This document shows positions 30,495 through 39,443 of a DNA stretch of 59,038 nucleotides, one piece after another; position 1 is the stretch's first letter, and each line of letters opens with the position of its first letter. A program made the translations under genes and the position numbers. Below the pieces are notes generated by a model that saw only the letters and a program-made list of their open reading frames with translations, searched no databases and had not been told where the DNA came from. This DNA is from a virus (taxonomy: Duplodnaviria; Caudoviricetes): IMG/VR virus record IMGVR_UViG_3300025659_000001, positions 1 to 59,038 of that record, one strand, 5' to 3'.

Positions 30495-30836
30495 CTATTT
30501 GATGTCAGTTTCATCTACGTGTATTTCTTTGATTGCTGTTGATGGGTAATACCATCTATTGGTTACTCTCCCACGCCACTGTGGAAGCTCAAACTCAGAC
30601 TCCGGAAGGAAGAACTCATACTGCTGTATCTGTATCATCTCTCCATGCACTGTGACTGTACCCTCGGTATTCAGGTCTTTCTTTTGACCCACGAACTGAA
30701 TACGCAGTTTAGGCATCTGAGGTTTCTCTGGTATCTCTTCATTATATGCTGTTACTGGTTCAGGGAGCTTTGGCTCACCACCTATGATTTGTAGTTCTGG
30801 CTTGACTCCTGATAGTATTTCTTCTTTGGTTGCCAT
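30495..30836 (-). CDS. Hypothetical protein
   Basis: 113-aa ORF with GGAG RBS. Confidence 0.6.
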   Translation of the reverse strand: MATKEEILSGVKPELQIIGGEPKLPEPVTAYNEEIPEKPQMPKLRIQFVGQKKDLNTEGTVTVHGEMIQIQQYEFFLPESEFELPQWRGRVTNRWYYPSTAIKEIHVDETDIK

Positions 30837-30846
30837 ATCATTCTCC

Positions 30847-31110
30847 TTAGAACTGTACGGGTTCGTTTGTGCCTGATTCCCAGACTAAAGCAGTGCGACC
30901 TGCATATTCTGGAGCTTCATAACAATAGACTTTGCCTGATTTTGTTACAACACGATGGGTTGCGCCACCTTTACGTATAATCAAAGTCTTGGGTTCTTCT
31001 ATTGTGAACATCTCTCCACCAGACAATATCACCTGACGATACTTCTCGTCACTGATGTCAGCCTTGATATATTCACTGTTAGGTAGTTTTTGTGCTGATG
31101 CTTCGCTCAT
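30847..31110 (-). CDS. Hypothetical protein
   Basis: 87-aa beta-rich ORF with GAGG RBS. Confidence 0.6.
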   Translation of the reverse strand: MSEASAQKLPNSEYIKADISDEKYRQVILSGGEMFTIEEPKTLIIRKGGATHRVVTKSGKVYCYEAPEYAGRTALVWESGTNEPVQF

Positions 31111-31320
31111 TTAAAATTCCTCTTCTATTCTGTATTTCTCTGAAGGTAGGTATATCTTCTTCAAGAGCTTTGGTTTGTATTCAGCGTCGTCCTTCTTTTC
31201 CTTTGGTATGGGCAGGAAAGACTCAATGATGTAACGTCGCTCAGTCGTAGTGAGAACAGCATTCTGGTATATCTCTGCTGCTTCATCGGTGTTGACTGGC
31301 ATTACTAGTATTTTATTCAT
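31111..31320 (-). CDS. Hypothetical protein
   Basis: Start likely MNKILV, overlapping the upstream stop (ATGA). Confidence 0.5.
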   Translation of the reverse strand: MNKILVMPVNTDEAAEIYQNAVLTTTERRYIIESFLPIPKEKKDDAEYKPKLLKKIYLPSEKYRIEEEF

Positions 31321-31541
31321 TCCATTGCTTCCTTTATTGCATCTACCCAATTAAGGTAGCTCGCATGGTTCCTACGAATGTGTTCGTTGGTATTCCAGCG
31401 TATGCTATTGGGTTTCCTGTTATTGTATGAGTAGTCTGATAAGACTGAGCCAAAGTTGATGTACTCCGAGTGTTGAAGAGCGTTTGTCTCATCTCTCCAC
31501 TCCAAACATGCATCGAAATCTATTCCACCATCGTTATTCAT
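31317..31541 (-). CDS. Hypothetical protein (first gene of the leftward arm)
   Basis: 74-aa ORF with AAAGG RBS. Confidence 0.55.
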   Translation of the reverse strand: MNNDGGIDFDACLEWRDETNALQHSEYINFGSVLSDYSYNNRKPNSIRWNTNEHIRRNHASYLNWVDAIKEAME

Positions 31542-31839
31542 TGGTTGCCTTTCTTACTTAGCCACCGACAAGGTGGCGTTTAATCATTTGGTTAGTGTTT
31601 AACCTCAAGGCATAGCTTCGCCCTGAGAGTCGTGAACTCCTTTGAGTTTTTGTTTCCCGCCTTCCTTTCCACAGTGCCAGTACGCTATGACCCATACACT
31701 TGCTTTATAGAAAGCCGTTTCGTTGATACCGGGGACAACACTGGTAACCTATGGCGGTTACTTTATAACCCGATGTCTAAGCCTCGCAGTAGAACCATCG
31801 CAGGGGAACAGAAAGGCTGAATCTAATTGTCAACGCTCT

Positions 31840-31868
31840 AATATAACCTTTGCTACCCCCTATGTCAA
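31840..31868 (-). promoter_or_regulatory. Consensus sigma70 promoter driving the leftward arm
   Basis: TTGACA-17 nt-TATATT on the minus strand. Confidence 0.75.
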
Positions 31869-32039
31869 GGGTGTAAGTGGAACAACATCTCATTTTTTAT
31901 AGAATTTCTATATACGGTCTTATATATAAAGATACCCCCTTTATATTGGGGGTTTGCTATTGCTTTTTGGTTAATTGATTATTGATTACTTTTTGATAGT
32001 TTATTGTTTATTTAATTACTTATTGTACTAGGAGGTACT

Positions 32040-32300
32040 ATGGGTGGATTTAGTAGTCGTGACAACCGTTATGCTGCTAGCAATGCATCAAGAGGTGCTC
32101 GTCGATTTCAGGGTGAGCCAGTTGAGATGCCACCGGAAGAGCGTGAAAGACTATGGAAGTTGCATACTGCCATGATCGCTGCTGGTGAAGTTGCTGTTGC
32201 AGAGTATATCTGGGCAAAGCTTCAGAGCTCAATTAATGATGATACCGAGATACGTCTTGCACGTGTTGAGACATTATTAGCACAAAATAGCCCCTCTTAA
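32040..32300 (+). CDS. Hypothetical protein (first rightward gene)
   Basis: AGGAGG RBS; 86 aa. Confidence 0.65.
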   Translation: MGGFSSRDNRYAASNASRGARRFQGEPVEMPPEERERLWKLHTAMIAAGEVAVAEYIWAKLQSSINDDTEIRLARVETLLAQNSPS

Positions 32301-32319
32301 TTGAGGGGTTAAACCATTA

Positions 32320-32397
32320 AGTCATGATGTTACTCATTTGTTGGGTATCATCTCTTTCAATGGGATGACCTAACAAGTGGGTAGTAGTATCTGGACT
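32320..32397 (+). other. Long G-U-rich RNA hairpin (possible RNase III site)
   Basis: TACTCATTTGTTGGGT pairs with ACCTAACAAGTGGGTA, plus an inner stem. Confidence 0.55.
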
Positions 32398-32491
32398 CAT
32401 TCAATCTTATCCTTATGTATATGTACACGTGGGGGAATAATATAGTACAGTAACTTCTACCACACAGGTATCACTGAGAATCGAGGTAACC

Positions 32492-32698
32492 ATGACCATT
32501 AAAGTTAATTCACTGGTACGAAAAGCTCATGTTATGGATGGTAGTCATAGAGCTGGTCAACCTACTGGTGATATCCTTAGAGTTATAAAGATTAAAGACC
32601 ACAAGCCTATTGATGGTAGTGTTCAAACTAAGTGTATTGCTATCTTGGCTGATGATAGCTGGTCATTCACTTGGAACCTAATATTGATACAAGAATAA
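32492..32698 (+). CDS. Hypothetical protein
   Basis: GAGG RBS; 68 aa. Confidence 0.6.
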   Translation: MTIKVNSLVRKAHVMDGSHRAGQPTGDILRVIKIKDHKPIDGSVQTKCIAILADDSWSFTWNLILIQE

Positions 32699-32873
32699 AG
32701 ATACGATAACCTATCTTACCAATCTAGGGGTATTATAGGTGTAACATGGACTAGATGTAGACAACGCTCAAAGAGTGAAATTGGGGCTCGTTGAAACATG
32801 GAACTCTTCAAGGGATGATACAGAACAGTAGTCATCCCACAAATTTTAACTCATAAGTCTAGAAGGAGACATT

Positions 32874-33185
32874 ATGAACAAAAGAACAACAGCTGGTCAA
32901 ATTGTTAAATGTATCAAACCTATCATCTTTGAACGTGGAGAACTATTAGTCCACAGCATCACTGGAGCCATTATTATGGTTTGCACTGAAAACCAAAGTG
33001 GTGATACACATGTAAGAGCTGTCTGTCTCAAGAAAGGGATTGGAACTTACACTCAAGGTATGATATCAAAATACCCAATCAGGCCCTTTGCATCATTTGA
33101 GGGTCTGTTAGTGATAGAACAAAACATCACTGATTCTGAGTCTACTGAGCTACTTATCGGTATGACAATGAAAGGTATTGAATAA
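32874..33185 (+). CDS. Hypothetical protein
   Basis: AAGGAG RBS; 103 aa. Confidence 0.65.
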   Translation: MNKRTTAGQIVKCIKPIIFERGELLVHSITGAIIMVCTENQSGDTHVRAVCLKKGIGTYTQGMISKYPIRPFASFEGLLVIEQNITDSESTELLIGMTMKGIE

Positions 33186-33235
33186 GATTACTTAACAAGG
33201 AGGGTTGATTATGGGTTGAATCAATCATATACATT

Positions 33236-33267
33236 GGGGGTGAGAAACCAAATCTCACTCCCTTTTT
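33236..33267 (+). terminator. Rho-independent terminator
   Basis: GGGGGTGAGA-AACCAAA-TCTCACTCCC-TTTTT. Confidence 0.65.
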
Positions 33268-33302
33268 GCCTTAATAACCCAGAAACGTGGAAGGAACACA
33301 TT

Positions 33303-33953
33303 ATGCTTTGGAAACAACATTTCAAAGACGCTTGGCTTGGATTATGGGTCGGTACATTAGGCCTACTGCTTGGTTATATATTTATTAGTCATCTTCACTT
33401 CTTATCGGGGTTACCAATTGACTATGAATACACTTGGGTAGACCAATTTACTCAGTTTGGTATTATTCTTATACTCTTTGTGGCATCTATCATTAGTGGT
33501 GCTGTTGGTGTCTTTGGGACACTTACATTCTTAGGAGTATGGTTTTGGGATATACCATCAAGGCTTTGGCATGAATATAAGCAACGTAAAGAAGTGATGA
33601 ACTTTTGGGCTGATTGGCTTGAAGTTCGTTATGCTTGCCCTAAAGCTATTAAATGGATTAAGACACAACGTACCCCACAAGAAGCGTGGGACAACTGTAC
33701 TGACCCTACTTGGTTGTATTGGTTGTTACAGATTCAATCTATCCAAAACCCTACAAGGTATCGTGTTGATAGAGATACATTAGCAAGACAGCTTGCAGTG
33801 TGGAGTGATAGTTGTGGTTATTTGAATTTACGTGGAGACATGGTTCCGGAGATGAATTTCTGGTCTAGAGATTTTCGTAATGTTGCAAAGGAAGAGACTG
33901 TTCGCGCAATACGTAAACAGTATCCTAAAGTACCATATCGTTCAATTATTTAA
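33303..33953 (+). CDS. Membrane protein (2 N-terminal TMs plus soluble domain)
   Basis: Two hydrophobic helices. Start reassigned to the ATG at 33303, downstream of the terminator. Confidence 0.65.
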   Translation: MLWKQHFKDAWLGLWVGTLGLLLGYIFISHLHFLSGLPIDYEYTWVDQFTQFGIILILFVASIISGAVGVFGTLTFLGVWFWDIPSRLWHEYKQRKEVMNFWADWLEVRYACPKAIKWIKTQRTPQEAWDNCTDPTWLYWLLQIQSIQNPTRYRVDRDTLARQLAVWSDSCGYLNLRGDMVPEMNFWSRDFRNVAKEETVRAIRKQYPKVPYRSII

Positions 33954-33978
33954 TTCCCTGAAAACGTGGAGGTAACAC

Positions 33979-34347
33979 ATGGGACTAAGACAGCGTATAT
34001 CTAATACGTTTACAAATTTGTTTGGCAGGACTCAATATCCTGCAAAGGACGCTGATTCAGTGCCAGCCAAGCAGGTAACAAAGAAACCCGCCAAGAAGCG
34101 TGGCTACAAAGGCCGTATTCAACCGAATATTCCTTTTGACAACCATACTCAAGGCCCACCATTAACACCTAACAAGCGGAAACGCAAAGATGGTAAGGCT
34201 AACTGCCAAGTGTGTAAGAATAATAGATTCGCAACCGTGAAGAAATCATTCAAACATGACCATTGGAACGATGCCAAGCTTGTTAAGTGCAGGTTTTGTA
34301 ATACCCTTTACATTACTGTTGATGGTAAAATTGTGGGTATGCCCTAG
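33979..34347 (+). CDS. Basic zinc-ribbon protein
   Basis: CQVC...CRFC; Lys-rich. Confidence 0.65.
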   Translation: MGLRQRISNTFTNLFGRTQYPAKDADSVPAKQVTKKPAKKRGYKGRIQPNIPFDNHTQGPPLTPNKRKRKDGKANCQVCKNNRFATVKKSFKHDHWNDAKLVKCRFCNTLYITVDGKIVGMP

Positions 34348-34351
34348 GTAT

Positions 34352-34386
34352 TGGGGGAGCAATTGATAACCGTTCCCCTATTCTTT
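34352..34386 (+). terminator. Probable terminator hairpin
   Basis: TGGGGGAGC...GTTCCCCTA-TTCTTT. Confidence 0.5.
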
Positions 34387-34406
34387 AACATATCAATGGA
34401 AGGAAG

Positions 34407-34655
34407 GTGTTCATGACTGTTATGAAGCCTGAAGCTTTTCATGCTTTACCTATTACTGCTAAATTGAGTATATTACCCTCTGGTGTAGCTATTCAAAAGC
34501 AGGATACGGTTTGGGAGGTAGCTCACCCAAGATTTCGTGCAATATCAGCTACTGCCAAGACTCTAAACCAATGCTTAACGATATGGTGGTCTATCTATCA
34601 TAATCGTCAAGATAAGTTCAAGGGTTGTAAGCAGAGTAAGGCAAGGTTATCATGA
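34407..34655 (+). CDS. Hypothetical protein
   Basis: GGAAGG RBS; ATGA-coupled to the next gene. Confidence 0.55.
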   Translation: MFMTVMKPEAFHALPITAKLSILPSGVAIQKQDTVWEVAHPRFRAISATAKTLNQCLTIWWSIYHNRQDKFKGCKQSKARLS

Positions 34656-34918
34656 CAGAACCTAGCCTGTTCTTTAAAGATATTAATGATATTAAAGCCT
34701 TGAAGAATACAGCAAGACAGCTTATTGAGTCTAGCAATCTGTTAGAGAGTGCAATCAAGAATAATTTTGAGACTCTTGAGCAAGATTGGGGAGACTTCTT
34801 AGCTGATGCAACACAAATTCATGCAATGATAACACCTACTGCCATTATGGTGAAACATAAGGTGTTCTTATCACCACCTACTAAGGATGAACTTGTTCCT
34901 TTGGGGAGGCAGACATGA
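34652..34918 (+). CDS. Hypothetical protein
   Basis: ATGA-coupled ORF. Confidence 0.55.
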   Translation: MTEPSLFFKDINDIKALKNTARQLIESSNLLESAIKNNFETLEQDWGDFLADATQIHAMITPTAIMVKHKVFLSPPTKDELVPLGRQT

Positions 34919-35514
34919 GTACGCCCATGACACAGCGTAAGGCTGTGCTTGTAGACCATGTTCCTTTAGCTGGTGCTCTTGTGATTTATGCAATGATGAA
35001 AAGCTGGATGCAAACTGGTCTAGGCAGTAAACAGCAATTCTTATATCGTGCTCTTGGTGCGAATAATAATGACCAATTTCGTAGTATCTTTCACGATGAT
35101 GTGCTCAAGACCTTGATTGGTACTGATGCTGTCATTGGTGAGATAGCTACTGAGTTCTTTGATAGTATATATAAGAACTATAATGTTGGTAAAGCTGAAA
35201 AAGACATAGTTGAAGACCCATTTCAACTCATGTTAGGGATTCTTTCAGAGTTCTTCCCTGCTTCTGCTAAGAAATTAGCTAGTAAGACACAAGACCCTGC
35301 TGTCCCCGTATCATACAATTTGGATTTATATACTGATAATCCAGCGAGTAATGAGGAAAGAAAGAAATTTCAAGAGCTTGTATCAGAATTATTTAAAGAG
35401 CATATACTTGGTGATGAATTACCTAGTAATGCTTTCTTGAATTGTTCAGTACACCAGATACAAAAGCCTTTGAATCCTTTTGAACTCACTGTACCTGTTG
35501 AAGATTTATCATAA
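34915..35514 (+). CDS. Hypothetical protein
   Basis: GGAGG RBS; 199 aa. Confidence 0.65.
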   Translation: MSTPMTQRKAVLVDHVPLAGALVIYAMMKSWMQTGLGSKQQFLYRALGANNNDQFRSIFHDDVLKTLIGTDAVIGEIATEFFDSIYKNYNVGKAEKDIVEDPFQLMLGILSEFFPASAKKLASKTQDPAVPVSYNLDLYTDNPASNEERKKFQELVSELFKEHILGDELPSNAFLNCSVHQIQKPLNPFELTVPVEDLS

Positions 35515-35615
35515 TAGTCGGGTGATTATTGTGTCAATGTGCCAGTGTATCTGTGGTTAGGTACGCCACATATCCACAAACGAGGAATTATCCTCAAACT
35601 ACAAGGAGGGCTAAT

Positions 35616-35846
35616 ATGCCTGCCAAGAAACCTGCTGCTGAGATTACTATCTATCTCATGAACCTCAAACCTACGTTTTCCGAAACGACTGTTACCTCTG
35701 GTACAGTAGCTGAACTTCGCAAGGAGCTCGATTTAGGTTCTGACCAGTCTGTTAGCGTCAACTCAATCGTTGCTGCTGACGATGCATGTATCCGTGAAGG
35801 TGATCGTGTATCGGTGGTTAAGAAAAACAAGACTGGTGGTCAGTAG
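35616..35846 (+). CDS. Ubiquitin-like (beta-grasp) protein ending in GG-Q
   Basis: 76 aa from ATG 35616 (AAGGAGG RBS); TVAEL...VSVN...IREGDRVSVV beta-grasp signature; C-terminus KTGGQ. Confidence 0.88.
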   Translation: MPAKKPAAEITIYLMNLKPTFSETTVTSGTVAELRKELDLGSDQSVSVNSIVAADDACIREGDRVSVVKKNKTGGQ

Positions 35847-35866
35847 ACCTTGACTTGTTGAACATT

Positions 35867-35898
35867 ATAAGGGAGCCTTCGGGTTCCCTTATTTTTTT
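35867..35898 (+). terminator. Strong rho-independent terminator after the Ubl gene
   Basis: ATAAGGGAGCC-TTCG-GGTTCCCTTAT followed by a T-run. Confidence 0.85.
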
Positions 35899-35975
35899 GG
35901 CGTGTTCCTCTAGCATTCTCTAAGACCTAGCTGATATTGAGCTGGAAACGTGGGTACGAAATCCCACACACGCCA
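35899..35975 (+). ncRNA. Non-canonical tRNA-like RNA
   Basis: Acceptor GGCGTGT/ACACGCC+A; D-arm TCT/AGA; anticodon arm TAGCT-GATATTG-AGCTG; T-arm GTGGG-TACGAAAT-CCCAC. Lacks G18G19, U33 and TTC. Confidence 0.6.
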
Positions 35976-36018
35976 TTTTTTTGAATGATAATATTAACTA
36001 TCTTGGAAGGGAGGTCAG

Positions 36019-38484
36019 ATGCTTAACAAATCTGATTTTAAAGGAGCAATTACTTCATATATGAATGGAGGAACGCTCAACAAGGTACGTAAGTACTTTT
36101 ATGATATCACACACTATTTGAATTACTTTACAAATTGGTTGTATGATACCAATGTGCTGTATGAGGATGAATACGGTGATGCACAAGATAAACCACACCC
36201 TAATCCTCATATTGAATGGTTTCGTATAAGGGCAGAAGAATTGAATAGGATTCCACAAAAGGAATTTCCTGTCTTTAATTACCTAACACCTAAGTTCCGA
36301 TTCAATGCAAAATTTAAAGAGCTAAGTAATCATTTGATGGGTGCATTTATGTATCTAACGCATGATGGCTTGTCAAGGTTCAAACCCGGCATTAAGGCCA
36401 GAAGAATCAGTATTAGCACTCATAACCATGATGCTAGAGAGGCTATCGCAAGCTTCTATTCACTTAGCTTTAATATAGCGAGGGAATTACAAGGTGCTAT
36501 GTCGCGTGGAGAGATATTAGCAGAGCCTAGTGTCAAAGAATTTAAACAACGCACTGGTATGGCTGCCAAGGTGTTTAATAGCTATATTGGCTATCAAGCA
36601 TCTATACTCAACAAGAAGGTAAAAGTTATTCGTTCTAGTCAGATTATTAAGACTCATGGAATGCAATTCTTTAATCAACTGGTTAGACCTTCTGCTTTAA
36701 GACCCATTGATTACGTACTGTCTGTTGAAGGCAGTGTAAATGTCATTGCAAGTCAAAAGTATGAACGGTTTAGTGATGTTGAGGCTATTCTAGACTTTGA
36801 TGCTAATCTCTATGTTTTGATTGTTGAACAGCAAGATTTAGGGGGATTTGCTAATCAAAACCCTGAACATCAAGCAACTATGATACCTACTATTCAAATC
36901 ATAGCTAAGATAAGTGACCCTGAGTTATTTGAGGTTACTATGTCTGGTAATGGCCCCGGTAGACATGGTGGTGCTCATGGTGAGCATGGAACTGGAGAAC
37001 ATTTACTCCAGAATATGCCATTAGATGCGTCAATGACATTGTGGTACTATAACCTCACAGATATTTACAGGCTCTCTGAACATTATATTCCGTATCGTAA
37101 GATTATTGCTGCTAAAGGTAAGTCAATAGATAAATTTAATAAGTTGACAGACCTTTTGTACAAATCTGACACATATATACAGGGATACATGAAAGCATAC
37201 TATTACGGTGAGGAAATAGGAAGAGTACATCCTTATATCTCACCTAATACATCAGGTAGATGTACTGGTGGCTTTAATGAGATTGATGCTGCTAGTGGTA
37301 AGCTGAACCTAGTATCAGGTTTGGTATTTGTGAAACAATGGTTGTCCAAGTATATTCAAGGACATACTAACCCTCAAAACAATATTGACCACTTCATTGT
37401 TGGTATACCACCTTGGTTAACCGACAGATATACTGAAGTCAATGGTCGTATTGGGGATTGGGAAAAGTGTAAACAACGTTTCTTTGGTGATAGAGTCCAG
37501 AATTTGAATTATTCTTGGAATACACTACCATATCCAGCGTTAAGCACCCTTGAGACTTCACGGATTGACCAATACAACAAACGTCAAGTTGTAGGTTGTG
37601 ATGTAGAAGAAACTTACAAGAATCTGGACAATACGTTTTATAAATCTAGCATAGATTATACTGCTCGATTAGAAGCGTACCATTGTACTGATTGTGCGCT
37701 TGCAGAGAGTTGTCCTAAGTTTAGTCAGTTTAGACTTTCAGACAGCAATCCAGCATGGAGAAGGATGCAAGCCAGAAGAGCAGTACGTAATAAGACAGCT
37801 CTTGAGCATTTCTTAGATGATGCATTGATTGAAACAATACGTACTTATATTAATGAGTATGTATTGCCACAAAGAACTATCACTGACAATGATTTTAGAA
37901 TGCAATTAGAGCGTTTTAGAATATTACTTGATAATAGTTGGCCTCATTTGTCATTGAACGGTGCACATACACCTCATATCACTACTGTTCAGTTTCTTAC
38001 AATCTTGTATGATGCTGTGCTACCTGAAGAACATAAGCATTTTGCTAAGACTTTTGCAAGTGTTACTGAGACATTTAGACATGAATATCGTCTTTCAGGA
38101 CTCAGGCAACGTATGGGTGAGCGTATAACGTATTACAATGAGAAAAGTGATGATGGTAAAAAAGAATACCGAGAGAAAGCAGCAAAACGCCTTGCTAGAT
38201 TTTCTCAATCATTTGAACAAGCTAATAAAATACACTGGAAATTTGGTGTAGGTTATTGGTTGGGTACTATTCCACCTTTAGTTACAAATGAAGCACTATG
38301 GGAAGACCAGCAACAAGCAATGAAAGAGTTGAATGTTGTATCAATAGAAGAACCAGTTGATACTTTTCAATCTGCTTCTGAACGCATGATTGATGCTGTT
38401 CTGAATAACCCGCCTGTATTTAATGTGCAGGCCACAGATACAACATCTGTGCGTGGAGCAATTTCATTTGATAATGAATTTTAA
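36019..38484 (+). CDS. Large protein with central E2 (UBC)-like domain and Cys cluster
   Basis: HPYISPNTSGRC(415)TGG...WLSKY...NP resembles the prokaryotic E2 active-site region; HCTDC...C cluster; sits between Ubl and JAB. Confidence 0.65.
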   Translation: MLNKSDFKGAITSYMNGGTLNKVRKYFYDITHYLNYFTNWLYDTNVLYEDEYGDAQDKPHPNPHIEWFRIRAEELNRIPQKEFPVFNYLTPKFRFNAKFKELSNHLMGAFMYLTHDGLSRFKPGIKARRISISTHNHDAREAIASFYSLSFNIARELQGAMSRGEILAEPSVKEFKQRTGMAAKVFNSYIGYQASILNKKVKVIRSSQIIKTHGMQFFNQLVRPSALRPIDYVLSVEGSVNVIASQKYERFSDVEAILDFDANLYVLIVEQQDLGGFANQNPEHQATMIPTIQIIAKISDPELFEVTMSGNGPGRHGGAHGEHGTGEHLLQNMPLDASMTLWYYNLTDIYRLSEHYIPYRKIIAAKGKSIDKFNKLTDLLYKSDTYIQGYMKAYYYGEEIGRVHPYISPNTSGRCTGGFNEIDAASGKLNLVSGLVFVKQWLSKYIQGHTNPQNNIDHFIVGIPPWLTDRYTEVNGRIGDWEKCKQRFFGDRVQNLNYSWNTLPYPALSTLETSRIDQYNKRQVVGCDVEETYKNLDNTFYKSSIDYTARLEAYHCTDCALAESCPKFSQFRLSDSNPAWRRMQARRAVRNKTALEHFLDDALIETIRTYINEYVLPQRTITDNDFRMQLERFRILLDNSWPHLSLNGAHTPHITTVQFLTILYDAVLPEEHKHFAKTFASVTETFRHEYRLSGLRQRMGERITYYNEKSDDGKKEYREKAAKRLARFSQSFEQANKIHWKFGVGYWLGTIPPLVTNEALWEDQQQAMKELNVVSIEEPVDTFQSASERMIDAVLNNPPVFNVQATDTTSVRGAISFDNEF

Positions 38485-38507
38485 TTAACCTAAAAGGGAG
38501 GTGAAAT

Positions 38508-39443
38508 TTGTTTTTCATCGAGCGTAAAGATATGCGTCGTGTATTTGATTATGCACAAGAGACGTATAAGAAGTTCAAAACTGAAGTAGGCGGTATGATG
38601 GTCATCATGGAAGATAAGGATGGTGACTGGGTAGCTAGTGACCCTGTGATACTGAAACAGGAAGTAACTGGCGGTACTACTACTTTAGATGCTGATGCAC
38701 TTGCTGTGTATTATGGCAAGATGGCTGAGAAATATGGCAATAATGTCAGGTTTCTTTGGTGGCATTCGCATGGTGGTGGTAGTGTATTTTGGTCTAGTAC
38801 AGACGAGATAGCCATTAAAGAGTTCTCTGGTGGTGATTGGTCAGCTAGTTTAGTGGTCAACATTAAAGAAGAGTTCATCTTTAGGGTAGATTATTGGAGT
38901 CCATTCTATAAACGTATGGATAAGATGAAGTTATCCTATTTTGAACATGACGTTCCAAAGAAAGTCTTAACTGACATTGATAAGTTGGTGGCAGTAAAAA
39001 AGTACGAACAGAGCAATATAGCAGACAACCGCAACACGAATACTCGGAATACGGCTTCCACTCCAACGGTGAGCGAAGCGGACTTGGGGAATCGTGGCAA
39101 CGAGAGTTTGGGCCTTCTGCCCAACGAAATCTCTTCTGAGTCTGACCATACATTAGACCAAGATGCTGTTTGGCAATGGATGGATGAATTCATTGACCTG
39201 TATATTGCTGATGAGATGAGCTACAACAACTTGGAAGAGTGTGTGGGTCATATCAATACAATGTGTGATTCTCATGATACCATTCATCAGATTACACTTC
39301 CATCGAAAGACCGTATGAAGATTTACGTAGAGAAATCTGAAGTACCAAGTCGATGGGATTTCTTCACTTATCGTAAAGGTAAGGGAACAGAGGAGCAGAT
39401 GCAACTTGATGCTGATGCTGCTCAAAAGGAACTGACTACCTAG
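38508..39443 (+). CDS. JAB/MPN+ (JAMM) metalloprotease
   Basis: TEVGG glutamate and WWHSHGGGSVFWSSTD (HxH-x7-S-x2-D); TTG start with GGAGG RBS. Confidence 0.9.
   Translation: MFFIERKDMRRVFDYAQETYKKFKTEVGGMMVIMEDKDGDWVASDPVILKQEVTGGTTTLDADALAVYYGKMAEKYGNNVRFLWWHSHGGGSVFWSSTDEIAIKEFSGGDWSASLVVNIKEEFIFRVDYWSPFYKRMDKMKLSYFEHDVPKKVLTDIDKLVAVKKYEQSNIADNRNTNTRNTASTPTVSEADLGNRGNESLGLLPNEISSESDHTLDQDAVWQWMDEFIDLYIADEMSYNNLEECVGHINTMCDSHDTIHQITLPSKDRMKIYVEKSEVPSRWDFFTYRKGKGTEEQMQLDADAAQKELTT

Noticed and set aside
65-31820. Numerous plus-strand ORFs of 60-115 aa in the late arm (and similar ones at 49-59 kb)
   Set aside because: They are antisense shadows of long minus-strand genes, with no RBS or recognisable motifs.
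35529-35615. 29-aa N-terminal extension of the Ubl in the ORF track
   Set aside because: The ATG at 35616 has a perfect AAGGAGG RBS; the upstream TTG has none.
35899-35975. Functional canonical tRNA-Ile(TAT)
   Set aside because: It lacks G18G19, U33, purine 37 and the TTC T-loop, so it is reported only as tRNA-like.
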